DNA of 64,000 bases from Opitutia bacterium (GCA_947478395.1 CANJVR010000004.1:96001-160000); one strand, 5' to 3'; counted from the stretch's first letter, positions 31,714-43,058 are shown. The notes: a model not told the origin generated them from the letters alone. Numbers and translations: made by a program.

Positions 31714-33129
31714 TTAAATAGCGCCTTGCAACCGGCCGTTCGAATCGCCGATGCGCTCGGTGCCCCGGACTCCTAGGCGGTCGTTCAAGCTGAGGAAGAG
31801 ATTGGACATCGGCTGCGACTCCAATTTTGCGAAACGGCCGGGAGTGAGGGTGCCGCCGCCCGCGCCAGCCACGATCACCGGCAGGTTGTCATGCGTGTGG
31901 CGGTTGCCGTCCGCATTGCCCGAACCATAGACAATCATTGAATTATGCAGCAGTGACTTTCCGTCCACGTCCTTGGTCTGGTCTAATTTTTCCAGAAAGC
32001 GGGCGAAGTGCTTCATGTAGTGGAGATCGATGTCTCCGATCTTCGCCACGAGTTCCGGGTTGTTCCGGTGGTGGGAGCAATAGTGGTGGCCTTCGGGAAT
32101 TCCGATTTCGGCGAACGAACGATTGCTGCCGTCATTGGCGAGGAGCAGCGTGGCGATGCGGGTGGAATCGGTCTGGAACGCCATCGCCAGGAGATCGAAC
32201 ATGATATCCATGTGTTCGCCGAAGTTCTCCGGAATGCCATTGGGCGCCTCGGAGCCTGGGACAGGGAGTTTGCCGAAACTCTCAGCGCGTTGGATGCGTT
32301 GTTCGATCGTGCGCACGCCCGTGAGGTATTCGTCGAGCTTGTCGCGATCCTTTGCGCCCATCTTGTTTTGGAGCGAGCGGGTATCGTCCATTACCAGATC
32401 CAGAAGCGACTTCTGGGTTTGCTGGCGCTGTTCGAAATTTTTCTGGCGTTCGCCCGCCGAGCCGGCGCCGAAGAGACGTTCAAAAACCAAGCGCGGATTG
32501 GGCTCGGGGGTCATCGGCGTTGTGGCCGAGCGCCAGGCGAGGTTATACTGATAAGCGCAGGAATAACCGCTATCGCACGTGCCGGACTTCCGGACATTAT
32601 CGCATGAGAGTTCGAGCGACGAGAATCGTGTGAGGTGGCCGATCTGCTGGGCGGCGACTTGGTCGACGGAGGCGCCGACATGGATGTCCACGCTGTCGGT
32701 TTTGCGGGCGCGGGCCCCGGTGAGGAACGTGGCATTGGCGCGCGCGTGATCGCCGGCGCCGTCGTTGCCGGGAGCCGCGTTTTTATGATCGAGGCCGCCC
32801 ACCACTTGAATCGAGCCCTTCACCGCCGCGAGCGGTTGCATCGTGCGAGCGAGTTCAAAAGAGGTGCCTTCGCCGGTGGGCCACCAATATTGCTGGTGGA
32901 CGCCGTTCGGCACGTACACGTAAGCGGTGCGCAGCGGCGCGCCGGTGCTCGTTACCGCGAGCGGTGCGCCTGCGGCGTCCGTGGCCTTGGTTGCGGCCCG
33001 GAGAACCGGCGCCATGGAGGATTCGAAGACCGGGAGGGCCATGCATACGCCAACACCGCGCAAGAATTGACGGCGGTTGAGTGCGAGCTGACGTTGATCT
33101 TCTGGTTGGGTGGGCAAATGTTTTTTCAT
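31714..33129 (-). CDS. DUF1552 domain protein (Tat signal)
   Basis: 'NRRQFLRG', 'YVPNGV', 'CDSGYSCAY', 'PRLVFERLFG', 'H.H.NLP'. Confidence 0.9.
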   Translation of the reverse strand: MKKHLPTQPEDQRQLALNRRQFLRGVGVCMALPVFESSMAPVLRAATKATDAAGAPLAVTSTGAPLRTAYVYVPNGVHQQYWWPTGEGTSFELARTMQPLAAVKGSIQVVGGLDHKNAAPGNDGAGDHARANATFLTGARARKTDSVDIHVGASVDQVAAQQIGHLTRFSSLELSCDNVRKSGTCDSGYSCAYQYNLAWRSATTPMTPEPNPRLVFERLFGAGSAGERQKNFEQRQQTQKSLLDLVMDDTRSLQNKMGAKDRDKLDEYLTGVRTIEQRIQRAESFGKLPVPGSEAPNGIPENFGEHMDIMFDLLAMAFQTDSTRIATLLLANDGSNRSFAEIGIPEGHHYCSHHRNNPELVAKIGDIDLHYMKHFARFLEKLDQTKDVDGKSLLHNSMIVYGSGNADGNRHTHDNLPVIVAGAGGGTLTPGRFAKLESQPMSNLFLSLNDRLGVRGTERIGDSNGRLQGAI

Positions 33130-33162
33130 GGGGCGGCTAAGGTCAGGATGGGATTAAATAGG

Positions 33163-35823
33163 TCAGTGAAATGAGGCCTGCGCAACTGCGGAAGCGGACG
33201 AGGAGGAAGTCGAAACGGTCGCAGCCGGGACTTTCAGATTCCGCTGTTTTTGAAACGGCGTGGATTCGATGATGCCATTCAAAAGAGCGGAAAACCGTCC
33301 CTCGTTTTGCTCCAGCCGTATCACGATCTGATCGACCGCGTACACATCGTGGTAGTCGAGGCTGCGGCCGAGCGCGTAAGTGAGCATTTTTTCCGTGAGA
33401 CAGCGGTAATAGTCGAGGCGGCGCTCGTGGGTCAGAATGCGTTTCAATTCCTGAATGTTGGCGAACGGCTCGCCCGTCGCGAGTTTGCCGGAGGCGTCGA
33501 TGGGCTGTTTCATGTCCACATCCCGCCAGTTGCCCATCGCGTTGAAATTCTCCAACGCAAACCCAAGGGGGTCCATGCGCGCGTGACAGGAGGCGCAGAG
33601 CGGCTTCTCCCGGTGAGCGGCCAGCGCCTCGCGTTGGGTCAGGATTCGGCCGTCAGCACTCTTCGCCGCTTCGTCTAATGGCGGAATATCGGGCGGCGGC
33701 GGCGGCGGGGGAGTTCCGAGGAAATTCTCGAGTACGAACAGGCCGCGTTTCACGGGTGAAGTACGCGTGGGATTGGAGGTCACCGCCAAGACCGTGCCTT
33801 GCGTCAACATGCCGCCACGCGGGCTGTCGGCGGGAAGTGTCACGCGGTGGACGTCATCGCCGGTCACATCTTTGACGCCGTAGTGGGTGGCGAGCTTGGC
33901 GTTAAGAAACGCGTAATCGCTTTCGATGAACTCGAGCACGCTGCGATCCTCGCGCAGCACGTAATCGAAATACATTTCGGTTTCGCTGCGCATATTTTTG
34001 CGCAAGGCGGCGTTGAGATCGACCGGGCTCGCGACGTTGGCGCGAATGTCACCCAAACCGAGCACGGCGCGCGCGTTGATCTCCACCGTCTCGATGTCGC
34101 GGGCTTGGAGCCACTGGCCGGGGAAATTCTTCACGAAAGCCTGCGACTTTGAATCCTTGAGCATCCGGGCAATTTGCGCGGGGAGCTGCTGGCGTAATTC
34201 ACCCTTCTTTGCGAGGCCGAAGAGTTCTTCATCGGGCATCGTCGACCAAAGGAAATAGGATAGGCGACTGGCCAAGGCGTACTCGTCGATGGCGGCGAAT
34301 TTTTCACTGGCCTCCGCGGGTGCGGCATCTTCCACGCGGAAAAGGAAACGCGGCGAAGCCAGTACGCCCATCATGGCGTGGGCCACGCCGTCTTCGAATT
34401 TCTTGCCCGGTTGGGAATATATGTTTCGGGCGATGCCGGCCAACTGATTGACTTTCGCATCCTCGACCGGCCGGCGGAACGCGCGTTCGGCGAAGTCACG
34501 AATTACTTTGCGCGCAAACGCGTCACGGGCTTCGGGTTCGGTGGGAACATCCTCGGCGAAGAAACGACGATAGTTCTCGGGTGGCACCCAGAATTTTTTG
34601 TCCAAGGGCCCAAGCACTTCCACCGCGGTGAGCGAGAAATCGACCGAGCGCGCAACGGGAGGCCGGGCGCGTTGTTCACGAGCGGCGGCCGGCGGAGTTG
34701 CGGCGGGAGTGCCTGGGGTGGCCCCGGCGTTGGCGATGACCGCACCAGGAAGAACCGGGGGTAGAGGCGCGGGTACGACCGCGACTTCGGCGGGAGGGAT
34801 GACAGGCTCGGGCTTTACCGCGTCGCCGCCGACGGGCTCCAGCGGCTGAATTTCCACCGTGATCCGATGGTCGCCCTCGGACCAGGTATTCTCCGACGAG
34901 ATGCGGACGGGTTTTGAGCCCCACACGATTTCCTGCCGCGATTTTTCCTGATCGTCGACTGCGACAATTAACGTCGCGCGGCCGGCGTCGAAATCGAACG
35001 TGCTCTTCACATCAGCCTTCAACTCGAACGAGTAAGCGCCCGCCTCCTTGAGCGTGAACGTGCGGGTGAGCTTGCCGGCTTTGCGGACGTTTAGATCGAC
35101 ATTGCGACCGCCGCGACCGCCGCCCCGGGCTGGAGTAGCAGGTTTGTCGGCCGAATCGGCCGCGACGACCGCCGGTTCTTCTTTTTTGAAATCACGGCCG
35201 GTAAATGTGCGCTTGATCGGAACGCGACCGACGCGGGGGACTGCCTTGTCCACGATTTCCTCGGCCGCCTGGAGATATTTCTCCATCAGCAAGGGCGACA
35301 CCGTCAGCACTTCGCCGATGTTGTCGAAGCCGTGACCGGTATCGTCGGGCGGAAATTCGACCTCGCTGTTGAATTCGGTCCCCATCAGATCGCGGATCGT
35401 GTTGCGGTACTCGACGCGATTGAGGCGGCGGACGGTCACGCGGCCCGGATCGGGCTTTTCCGGATCGATGTCAAAGGGCGCGAACTTGATCCAATTCTCG
35501 AGCTCCTTCACTTCTGCGGCAGTCGGACGTGCGACGTCCTCGGTCGGCGGCGGCATCATGCCGGCGCGGACGTTCTTCAGCGCGGCGAGCCAAAGTTTCG
35601 TTTTGCCCATCATTTCAGCGTTCGAGGAAAATTCGTCGAAGCTCACCTGACCTTTTTTCGCGCCGTCCCCATGGCAATCGAAGCAGTATTTTACGAGGAT
35701 GGGCTGGACGGTGTCATGAAACGTTTTGACCTTCGTCTCCTCCGACATCGGGACGGCTCGGGCGGTGGCAGCGGCGCAACAAACAAGGGCGAAGCGACGG
35801 AGAAAATTGTACGGGGGCGTCAT
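33163..35823 (-). CDS. DUF1592/DUF1588/DUF1587 planctomycete-type cytochrome c protein
   Basis: Heme motifs 'CFDCH' and 'CASCH', 'RRLNRVEYRNTIRDL', 'LASRLSYFLWSTMPD', 'RTSPVKRG'. Confidence 0.9.
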   Translation of the reverse strand: MTPPYNFLRRFALVCCAAATARAVPMSEETKVKTFHDTVQPILVKYCFDCHGDGAKKGQVSFDEFSSNAEMMGKTKLWLAALKNVRAGMMPPPTEDVARPTAAEVKELENWIKFAPFDIDPEKPDPGRVTVRRLNRVEYRNTIRDLMGTEFNSEVEFPPDDTGHGFDNIGEVLTVSPLLMEKYLQAAEEIVDKAVPRVGRVPIKRTFTGRDFKKEEPAVVAADSADKPATPARGGGRGGRNVDLNVRKAGKLTRTFTLKEAGAYSFELKADVKSTFDFDAGRATLIVAVDDQEKSRQEIVWGSKPVRISSENTWSEGDHRITVEIQPLEPVGGDAVKPEPVIPPAEVAVVPAPLPPVLPGAVIANAGATPGTPAATPPAAAREQRARPPVARSVDFSLTAVEVLGPLDKKFWVPPENYRRFFAEDVPTEPEARDAFARKVIRDFAERAFRRPVEDAKVNQLAGIARNIYSQPGKKFEDGVAHAMMGVLASPRFLFRVEDAAPAEASEKFAAIDEYALASRLSYFLWSTMPDEELFGLAKKGELRQQLPAQIARMLKDSKSQAFVKNFPGQWLQARDIETVEINARAVLGLGDIRANVASPVDLNAALRKNMRSETEMYFDYVLREDRSVLEFIESDYAFLNAKLATHYGVKDVTGDDVHRVTLPADSPRGGMLTQGTVLAVTSNPTRTSPVKRGLFVLENFLGTPPPPPPPDIPPLDEAAKSADGRILTQREALAAHREKPLCASCHARMDPLGFALENFNAMGNWRDVDMKQPIDASGKLATGEPFANIQELKRILTHERRLDYYRCLTEKMLTYALGRSLDYHDVYAVDQIVIRLEQNEGRFSALLNGIIESTPFQKQRNLKVPAATVSTSSSSASAVAQASFH

Positions 35824-36218
35824 GATTTTTACGATGGGCGAGCGCAAGACGGTCTTTGAAAAGAAAGGTGACGTAAGCAAATGGGGTGGGGTGGGGCGGC
35901 TCGGTTCGAGCTGGTCGCACGGAACAGTAAATGGGTTGAAGTCATGGTCAAATTTTAAGTCCCAAGCCAGCCTTCATTCGACCACGAAAGCTTTTAGGCC
36001 GACGACGACCCTGGGACGTTTTTAAACGATGGGTCTTTCGCGTTCTGGCAACTACCAGCCGCAAGTTTTCGGTAAATTGAGGCGGGGTGCTGCCGGCTTC
36101 CGGGCCTTCGCATGGCGAAACTCCGGTGAAATCCCGGAGCTTTCGTGGCGGGGCGGCGAATCCACACTTGCCCCTCGATCAAAGGTTGCGTTGTGCTGGT
36201 TCCTTTCCCAGCCGCTTC

Positions 36219-37757
36219 ATGCCACAGATCATCGCCGTCCTCGACTTCGGTTCTCAGTACACGCAGGTCATCGCGCGTCGCATCCGGGAGTGCCAAGTCT
36301 ACTCGAAAATCTACCCGTTTGCCACGACCGCCGCGCAACTCAAGGCCGACGGGGTGATCGGCATTATACTTTCTGGCGGGCCGAGCAGCGTGTTCGCGAA
36401 AACGGCGCCGATTCCGGACCGCGCGATCTTCGAGCTCGGGGTTCCGGTTTTGGGGGTTTGCTATGGCATCCAATTGATGGGGCATTTGCTCGGCGGGACC
36501 GTCTCCCAGAGCGCGCATCGCGAGTACGGAAACGGGACGCTCACGATTCAAAAGGCCGGCCGCCTTTTTGCGAAGCTACCGAAAAAGCTCCGCGTCTGGA
36601 ATTCGCACGGCGACCGGTTGATCGCGTTGCCGCCTGGGTTCGCGGCGATCGGCACCACGGAGAACTCTGAGTTCGCCGCGATCGAGGACCGGAAGCGAAA
36701 TTTCTACGGCATCCAGTTTCACCCGGAGGTTTTTCACACCGAGCGCGGGATCGAGGTTTATAAGAATTTCCTGTTCGGGATCTGCCGCGCGCGCGCCGAC
36801 TGGACGATGAAGGATTTCATCGCGCAAGCCATCGCGGACATCCGGGCGCGGGTCGGCAAATCGCGCGTGCTGCTCGGTCTTTCTGGTGGCGTGGATTCCT
36901 CCGTCGCGGCGGCCCTGATCCATCGCGCGATTGGGAAGCAACTCACGTGTGTCTTCGTCGACAACGGCCTGCTGCGGCGCGGTGAACGCGAATACGTCGA
37001 GTCGCTGTACCAGCGTAACTTCAAGATCGATCTCCGCGTCGTGGACGCCTCGGCGCTGTTTCTGCGGCGTTTGAAGGGCATCTCGGATCCGGAGCATAAG
37101 CGCAAAATCATCGGCAATACTTTCGTTAACGTGTTTGAGCGGTCGCTCAAATCCATTGGCCACGCGGACTTTCTCGCCCAGGGCACACTTTATCCCGATG
37201 TGATCGAAAGTGTGGCCATCGCCGGAAATCCGGCCGCGTTGATCAAGTCCCACCATAATGTCGGCGGACTGCCGGCCCGCATGAAGCTCAAGCTGCTCGA
37301 GCCGCTGCGCGAACTGTTCAAAGACGAGGTGCGCGCCGTCGGCAGTTCGCTCGGTCTGCCGCGCGAAGTGGTCTGGCGCCAGCCGTTCCCCGGCCCGGGC
37401 CTGGGCGTGCGCGTCGCGGGTGACATCACGGCGGCTCGGCTCGAGGTGCTGCGCGCGGCCGATGCCATCCTGCAGGAGGAAATGATGGACTCTGGCTGGT
37501 ACTGGAAAGTCTGGCAGTCATTCGCCGTTTACCTGCCCGTGAAATCCGTGGGCGTGGTGGGCGATGAGCGTAACTACGCCGACGTCATCGCGCTCCGCAT
37601 CGTCGAGAGCAAGGATGCGATGACGGCCGACTGGACCCGTCTGCCTTACGATCTGCTCCAGAAAATTTCCTCGCGGATTACCAACGAAGTCCGGGGCGTT
37701 TCCCGCGTCGTGCTCGACATCAGCTCCAAGCCTCCCGCAACGATCGAATGGGAGTAG
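36219..37757 (+). CDS. guaA: GMP synthase (glutamine-hydrolysing)
   Basis: 'LDFGSQYTQ', 'GVCYG', 'QFHPEV', 'SGGVDS', 'KSHHNVGG', 'KPPATIEWE'. Confidence 0.98.
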   Translation: MPQIIAVLDFGSQYTQVIARRIRECQVYSKIYPFATTAAQLKADGVIGIILSGGPSSVFAKTAPIPDRAIFELGVPVLGVCYGIQLMGHLLGGTVSQSAHREYGNGTLTIQKAGRLFAKLPKKLRVWNSHGDRLIALPPGFAAIGTTENSEFAAIEDRKRNFYGIQFHPEVFHTERGIEVYKNFLFGICRARADWTMKDFIAQAIADIRARVGKSRVLLGLSGGVDSSVAAALIHRAIGKQLTCVFVDNGLLRRGEREYVESLYQRNFKIDLRVVDASALFLRRLKGISDPEHKRKIIGNTFVNVFERSLKSIGHADFLAQGTLYPDVIESVAIAGNPAALIKSHHNVGGLPARMKLKLLEPLRELFKDEVRAVGSSLGLPREVVWRQPFPGPGLGVRVAGDITAARLEVLRAADAILQEEMMDSGWYWKVWQSFAVYLPVKSVGVVGDERNYADVIALRIVESKDAMTADWTRLPYDLLQKISSRITNEVRGVSRVVLDISSKPPATIEWE

Positions 37758-37800
37758 TCTCCGCCTTTTCCTCCGGGGTATTCCTCCTTCAACGTTCGCC

Positions 37801-39096
37801 ATGCCTTCGCTCCGTTTCTCCGACAAAAATTTTCAGGCTGAACTGGCGGCATTTTGTCGCAACTCGATCGTTCCGCCTGAAATCGCCGAGGCCGTCCGCT
37901 CGATTCTCGCGGATGTCCGCTCCCGCGGTGATGAAGCCGTGGCGCACTACGCGGCGAAATTTGATGGCGCCAAGCTGAGGGCCGGGGAGTTTCGCGTGAA
38001 GCCGGCCGACCTTGCGGCCGCCGCGAAACGACTTCCAGCGGGTGAACGCCGCGCGCTGGTCGCCGCGCACGCGAGTATCGTCGCGTTCAACCGCCGCGCC
38101 TTGCCGAAAAACTGGATGGCAAAAAACCCGCAGGGCGCCCTCGTGGGCGAGAAATTCGACCCGATCCGCCGGGTCGGCCTTTACGTTCCCGGTGGCCAGG
38201 TGCCGTTGGTCTCGACGGTGTTGATGACCGTCACGCTGGCCCGGATCGCCGGCTGCCCTGAGATCGCGGTGTTCACCCCTTCCAATTCCTCCGGTAAAAT
38301 TGCCGACGGACTGCTCGCCGCCCTTCATCTCGTCGGGATCGACGAAGTGTATCGTATCGGCGGCGTGCAGGCGATCGGCGCCATGGCCTTTGGCACGACG
38401 ACGATTCCCGCGGTCGATAAAGTTTACGGCCCGGGCAACGCGTACGTCTGCGAGGCGAAGCGCCAGGTGTTTGGTACCGTAGGCGTCGACTCCTTGCCGG
38501 GTCCCAGCGAGGTGATGATCATTGCCGACGACACCGCGCGCGCCGATTTCGCCGCGGCCGATCTGCTGGCGCAGGCCGAGCACGGCTCCGGGCGGGAAAA
38601 AATCTATTTGGTCGGCACTTCCGCGCGGGTGATCGCGGCCATCGTCGCTGAAATCGACGTCCAGCTGCCGGCGCTGACGCGTTCCGAAAAAACGGCGCAG
38701 GTACTTGCCGCGGGTTTCCTGACGATCGAGGTCGCGACCGCCGACCAAGCCGCCGAGATCGCGAACTACGTCGCCCCCGAGCACCTCGAGCTTTTGGTGA
38801 AGGATTCGACCGCGAAAAAACTCACGCGCGCGATCACCACCGCAGGCGCGATCATGCTGGGCAACCACACGCCCACGGCCTTGGGTGATTTTACCGCGGG
38901 TCCGAGCCATGTGCTGCCCACCGGTCGCGCCGGACGGTTTTTCAGCGGTTTGCGCGTCGCTGATTTCCAACGGCGCACGAGCCTCATTCGTTACGACCGC
39001 GCCAGCGTGAAACGCGGCGCACCGGTCGTGGCCGCGTTTGCGGCCATGGAACGCCTTGATGCGCACGGCCGCTCGGTGAAAATTCGGACACTCTAG
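37801..39096 (+). CDS. hisD: Histidinol dehydrogenase
   Basis: 'VGLYVPGG', 'GPGNAYV', 'GPSE', 'LAQAEHG', 'APEHL', 'GPSHVLPT'. Confidence 0.97.
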   Translation: MPSLRFSDKNFQAELAAFCRNSIVPPEIAEAVRSILADVRSRGDEAVAHYAAKFDGAKLRAGEFRVKPADLAAAAKRLPAGERRALVAAHASIVAFNRRALPKNWMAKNPQGALVGEKFDPIRRVGLYVPGGQVPLVSTVLMTVTLARIAGCPEIAVFTPSNSSGKIADGLLAALHLVGIDEVYRIGGVQAIGAMAFGTTTIPAVDKVYGPGNAYVCEAKRQVFGTVGVDSLPGPSEVMIIADDTARADFAAADLLAQAEHGSGREKIYLVGTSARVIAAIVAEIDVQLPALTRSEKTAQVLAAGFLTIEVATADQAAEIANYVAPEHLELLVKDSTAKKLTRAITTAGAIMLGNHTPTALGDFTAGPSHVLPTGRAGRFFSGLRVADFQRRTSLIRYDRASVKRGAPVVAAFAAMERLDAHGRSVKIRTL

Positions 39097-39174
39097 TCAG
39101 CCGCGAAGACGATCGGGGGGCGTAGAGCCCTTCCGGTTTTCTGTGACCCCAGCGCCTTTTGCCGCGATTTTAAA

Positions 39175-40290
39175 ATGTCGGAATTAACCTCTCTCGCTCT
39201 CCCGCACGTGGCCAAGCTCCGCGCCTACACGCCGGGCCTGCAGCCCGGCGAATCCGGCTGGGTGAAACTCAACACCAACGAGTGCCCTTATCCGCCCAGC
39301 CCGCGCGTGGTCGAGGCGTTGCGCCGTGAAATCGGGGACGATGGGGCTTCGCTCCGCCTTTATCCGAATCCCAAGAGCGCGGCGTTGCGTGCCGCGATCG
39401 CCCAACACCACGGCCAAGGTTTGCGCGAGGAAAACGTGATCGTGGGCAACGGCTCCGACGATATTCTCAATCTGCTGGTCCGCGCGTTTTGCGCGCCCGA
39501 AGCCAGCGCGGGTTTCACGTTTCCCAGTTACTCGCTCTATCCCGTGCTGGTCGAAATTCAGCACGGCCGGACGAGCATCATCGAGTTCGACCGCACGATG
39601 CGTCTGCCGCTGGATCGCATTGCGGCGTCGGGCGCGCGCGCGTTTTTTCTTACGTCGCCGAACGCGCCCACGGGCGTGGCTTTCACGAACGCGGAACTCG
39701 AACAGGTCCTGACGACGTTTCCGGGTTTGCTCGTCATCGACGAAGCCTACGCGCCCTTCGCCCGGGAGAGCGCCGTGGCGCTGCTCGCGCGGCACCCGCG
39801 GCTGGTCGTCGTGCGTACGCTTTCGAAGGCGTATGCGCTCGCGGGCATTCGCGTCGGCTATGCGCTCGCGCATCCGGAAATCGTCGGCCTGCTCGATGGC
39901 GTGCGCGACAGCTATAACGTCAACCGGCTCTCGCAGGCCGCGGCGCTCGCCGCGCTCGGCGACGAACCTTATTACGCGGCACTCATTGCGAAAATTAAAG
40001 GCACGCGCGATTTCTACGTCGCCGATTTTGTGCGGCGGCGCGGCTGGTTCACGTACGAATCGTCGGCCAATTTTATCTTTACCGAGCCGAAAAATGCGCG
40101 CGGTGAGTCCGGCCCGGCCGTGGCGAAATCCGCTTACGATTTCCTCTGTGCGCACCAGGTGCTCGTGCGGCTCTTCCCGAGCCACGCCTTGACCGCGCCG
40201 TTTCTGCGAATCAGCGTCGGATCTGACGACGAAATGCTCGTCCTCTCCGACACCCTCGACGCATGGCTAAAACTACCACCCAAGTCATAA
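39175..40290 (+). CDS. hisC: Histidinol-phosphate aminotransferase
   Basis: 'KLNTNE.PY', 'GNGSDD', 'PNAPTG', 'DEAY', '[16 protein letters not shown]'. Confidence 0.96.
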   Translation: MSELTSLALPHVAKLRAYTPGLQPGESGWVKLNTNECPYPPSPRVVEALRREIGDDGASLRLYPNPKSAALRAAIAQHHGQGLREENVIVGNGSDDILNLLVRAFCAPEASAGFTFPSYSLYPVLVEIQHGRTSIIEFDRTMRLPLDRIAASGARAFFLTSPNAPTGVAFTNAELEQVLTTFPGLLVIDEAYAPFARESAVALLARHPRLVVVRTLSKAYALAGIRVGYALAHPEIVGLLDGVRDSYNVNRLSQAAALAALGDEPYYAALIAKIKGTRDFYVADFVRRRGWFTYESSANFIFTEPKNARGESGPAVAKSAYDFLCAHQVLVRLFPSHALTAPFLRISVGSDDEMLVLSDTLDAWLKLPPKS

Positions 40291-40892
40291 GCGGCCGGCT
40301 CATCCCCCGGGTCGCGACGGTTTCCCGCGTCACGGCGGAGACAAATATTGCTCTGACGCTGGCGATCGACGGCCGGGGCCAGTCCAAAATCGACACCGGC
40401 GTGCCGTTTTTCGATCACATGCTGACGCTCTTCGCCAAGCACGGCCTCTTCGACCTCACGGTGAAAGCCAAGGGCGACACCGACGTCGATTATCACCACA
40501 CCGTTGAGGATGTGGGCCTCGTGCTCGGCCAGGCCTTCAAGGAAGCGCTCGGCGATAAAGTCGGCATCACACGCTACGGTTTTTTTATTCTGCCGATGGA
40601 TGAGTCGCTCGCCCGCGTGGCGGTGGACGTCGGCGGACGCCCGCACCTCGTCTATAGCGCGGATGCGCCCACGATGTTCGTGCGTGATTTTAATATCATC
40701 CTCGTGAAGGAATTTTGCCGCGCCTTCAGCAATGCGCTCGGGGCGAACCTCCATGTTCAACTGGTGTATGGCGAAGAGCCGCATCATGTCGCGGAGGCGA
40801 TTTTCAAGTGCCTTGCGCGCGCGCTGGACGCCGCGACGCGCATCGAACCGCGCGCCGCTGACCAGTTGCCGAGCACCAAGGGTAAGATTTGA
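40263..40892 (+). CDS. hisB: Imidazoleglycerol-phosphate dehydratase
   Basis: 'FFDHML', 'DYHHTVED', 'PMDE', 'HHVAEAIFK', 'PSTKG'. Confidence 0.97.
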   Translation: MAKTTTQVISGRLIPRVATVSRVTAETNIALTLAIDGRGQSKIDTGVPFFDHMLTLFAKHGLFDLTVKAKGDTDVDYHHTVEDVGLVLGQAFKEALGDKVGITRYGFFILPMDESLARVAVDVGGRPHLVYSADAPTMFVRDFNIILVKEFCRAFSNALGANLHVQLVYGEEPHHVAEAIFKCLARALDAATRIEPRAADQLPSTKGKI

Positions 40893-41236
40893 CGCGAGCG
40901 ATCCGGGGTGGGCCACAAGGTGGCCGGTGCGATCGGCCGGAGGCGCTGGGTGCAAGTGGTTCGCGGCCCGACGAAGCGCTTAATCGCGCGGCAGTTCAGG
41001 CGGCGAAAGACACGGCGCTCCCGCGCGGGATGGTGAAATGGACGGCGCTCGCTGGAGCGCATCCGAAGTTCAGGCGCCGCGGTCCCGTCCGCAAAATCGT
41101 CGAGACGATGAATGGGATCGATGGAAAACGGAATTTTTGGGCCGAGCGGAAGCCGTGGGCTTTTCGCGGGCCTCCGCCGGAACGCGCACGCGTTCCGCTC
41201 GCTGGAAATTCAGATTCGCGACTTTTCCCGTCCCGC

Positions 41237-42367
41237 TTACGCCTCGCGGCGTAATTGCTGGAGCAGCGCTTGGATGTAGCCGAAGCAAAACGCGAAGGCC
41301 TTTTGACCGTTGGGATCGCCGAGGATCTGCGGCACGTGATCGGGCATGATCAATCCGTCGTAGCCGATTTCCCGGTAGACGCGCAACGCGCGGGGCATGT
41401 CGACATCGCCGTCGTCGGGAAACGTCTCCTCGAATTTGAGCATGGCGCCACGGATATTGCGGAAGTGGACGTTGAAGATTTTCCCGCGGCGGCCAAAGTC
41501 CCGGATTACATCGTAGATTTGCTCGCCGGGTTTCGTGAGCATTTCGGCCACCGTGCCCTGGCAGAAATTCAGGCCGTGGTAGGCGCTCGGCACGGTCTCG
41601 ACGAAACGCCGCAAGCCCTCCGGTGTGCCGAGCACTGTTTCGACGCCGCGCCAACCGGTGCCGGCGGGCATGCGTGGATCTTGCGGATGACAGGCGATTT
41701 TCACCTTGGCCTCGGTGGCGACGGGGACCACGCGTTTGAGAAAATACTCGATGCGGTCCCAATAGATTTCCTCGGTGATGCGGCCGGCTTCCGTGAGCGC
41801 GGGCTCTTGTTTCGACTTGGCATAGTCGAACGAACTCAGGCTCGCGCCGCCGCGCCCGACGGTGCGTTCCGTGCGCACGACGCCGATGAACGTGAGGTTA
41901 TATTTCGCCATCGGGATGCCGGCTTTGCCGCAGTTGCGGATCATCGTGCAGATGTCCTCGATGGCCCGATCGCGCTGGGGATCTTTGCCCAGCAGGATTT
42001 CCGGCATTTCCGCCTTCGCGATGTCCTGCGAGTTCATCGGCAGCGGTACGCAGTCGAGCTTGATCCCGAACGACTCGACATGCCGCCGCAGTGCGACCAA
42101 CGCATCCACGCTCCAATCCTTGGCGACATCGCGGGTGAGTTGCCCGCTGCAAATATTCGTGACGCCGAATGCCGCCAGGGCCCGCAGCGTGGTCTCAGAG
42201 TGATCGTGCTGGTGGCCGGCCTTCATCAAAACGGGCTTGCCTGCGCCGCTGTCCGGCCGGTCGGCCGCGGTGGCGCCTGGCATCGGTCGCGCGAGACTCA
42301 GCGCGGTGGCGCCCATCGCGGCGCTGCCAAGGAAATGACGACGTGAAATTCGGGGGGACGTTGTCAT
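41237..42367 (-). CDS. Mannonate dehydratase (UxuA)-like protein with Tat signal
   Basis: 'SRRHFLG' Tat motif; 'HPQDP', 'NFCQG', 'VHFRN', 'MPDHVP'. Confidence 0.85.
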   Translation of the reverse strand: MTTSPRISRRHFLGSAAMGATALSLARPMPGATAADRPDSGAGKPVLMKAGHQHDHSETTLRALAAFGVTNICSGQLTRDVAKDWSVDALVALRRHVESFGIKLDCVPLPMNSQDIAKAEMPEILLGKDPQRDRAIEDICTMIRNCGKAGIPMAKYNLTFIGVVRTERTVGRGGASLSSFDYAKSKQEPALTEAGRITEEIYWDRIEYFLKRVVPVATEAKVKIACHPQDPRMPAGTGWRGVETVLGTPEGLRRFVETVPSAYHGLNFCQGTVAEMLTKPGEQIYDVIRDFGRRGKIFNVHFRNIRGAMLKFEETFPDDGDVDMPRALRVYREIGYDGLIMPDHVPQILGDPNGQKAFAFCFGYIQALLQQLRREA

Positions 42368-42528
42368 GGGGTGGCGAGTTTTCTGGCCCGGCGCACGATG
42401 GGCGTCAACTGGTGACCGGCACGGCGGGACGCGCTAAACGAATTCTCGGCGCTTGGGTTTCATGGCGCCTAATCTGAATTCAATTGGCTCGACGAGGGCC
42501 GAGGTCCGCGAAGAGTAGCGCGTGATCC

Positions 42529-42575
42529 GGGCCTATAGCTCAACGGTTAGAGCAGAGGACTCATAATCCTTAGTC
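42529..42575 (+). tRNA. 5' half of tRNA with CAT anticodon (probably tRNA-Ile2), truncated after anticodon arm; probable att junction
   Basis: GGGCCTA-TAGCTCAACGGTTAGAGC-A-GAGGA-CTCATAA-TCCTT gives acceptor 5' strand, D arm and anticodon arm; no TTCRA T-loop or acceptor 3' strand follows. Confidence 0.85.
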
Positions 42576-42619
42576 GAGCCGAACTTTTCTCCTCTGAAAC
42601 GAGTTTTGCCGGAAGCCTG

Positions 42620-42640
42620 CTTGGACACTTCTTGGACACT
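42620..42640. repeat. Tandem direct repeat, candidate integrase arm-type binding sites
   Basis: CTTGGACACT at 42620-42629 and 42631-42640, about 45 bp inside the tRNA junction. Confidence 0.6.
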
Positions 42641-42725
42641 CGCCAGTGCCTCGACGGGCTAACCGGCGTGAAACGGCCTGCAACAGTGGCAACCACTTGT
42701 CGGGGGAATCCGCTTTTTCCAAAGA

Positions 42726-43058
42726 GTGGAGATGAACACTCCTACGCCAGTTGATGAGGAACGTCAGCTTGCTCCTCTCGTTTCCACCGCCCGCTTTGCA
42801 GCCGCCTACGGTCACCCCATTTGGGTCCGCATCGAGACTCGGGCTGGCGCGACGGTTGCAGATGAATACACGAACCAGCTTCGGGTTGGGTATCGTCTCA
42901 TGGTCAACAAATGCAGCGAGCGCATCTTTGCCGAGGTGCTCACGCCAATCTGCCGTGTCGCCCGACTTGAGTTTTTTCCGACGCGTCCGCCGCTGCTTTT
43001 CGGAACGTTCCTAATCAAGCTGGTCGCTCACGGACGTTTTAGCGGTAACGGCAGATGA
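42726..43058 (+). CDS. Hypothetical protein
   Basis: 110-aa ORF only, no recognisable motif. Confidence 0.3.
   Translation: MEMNTPTPVDEERQLAPLVSTARFAAAYGHPIWVRIETRAGATVADEYTNQLRVGYRLMVNKCSERIFAEVLTPICRVARLEFFPTRPPLLFGTFLIKLVAHGRFSGNGR

Noticed and set aside
37740..37800. Island integrated at the guaA 3' end
   Set aside because: hisD follows directly, with no foreign DNA
42562..42700. Group I intron in the tRNA(CAT) anticodon loop
   Set aside because: The anticodon stem-loop is complete and uninterrupted; the break is after it, and no intron core or 3' exon is visible
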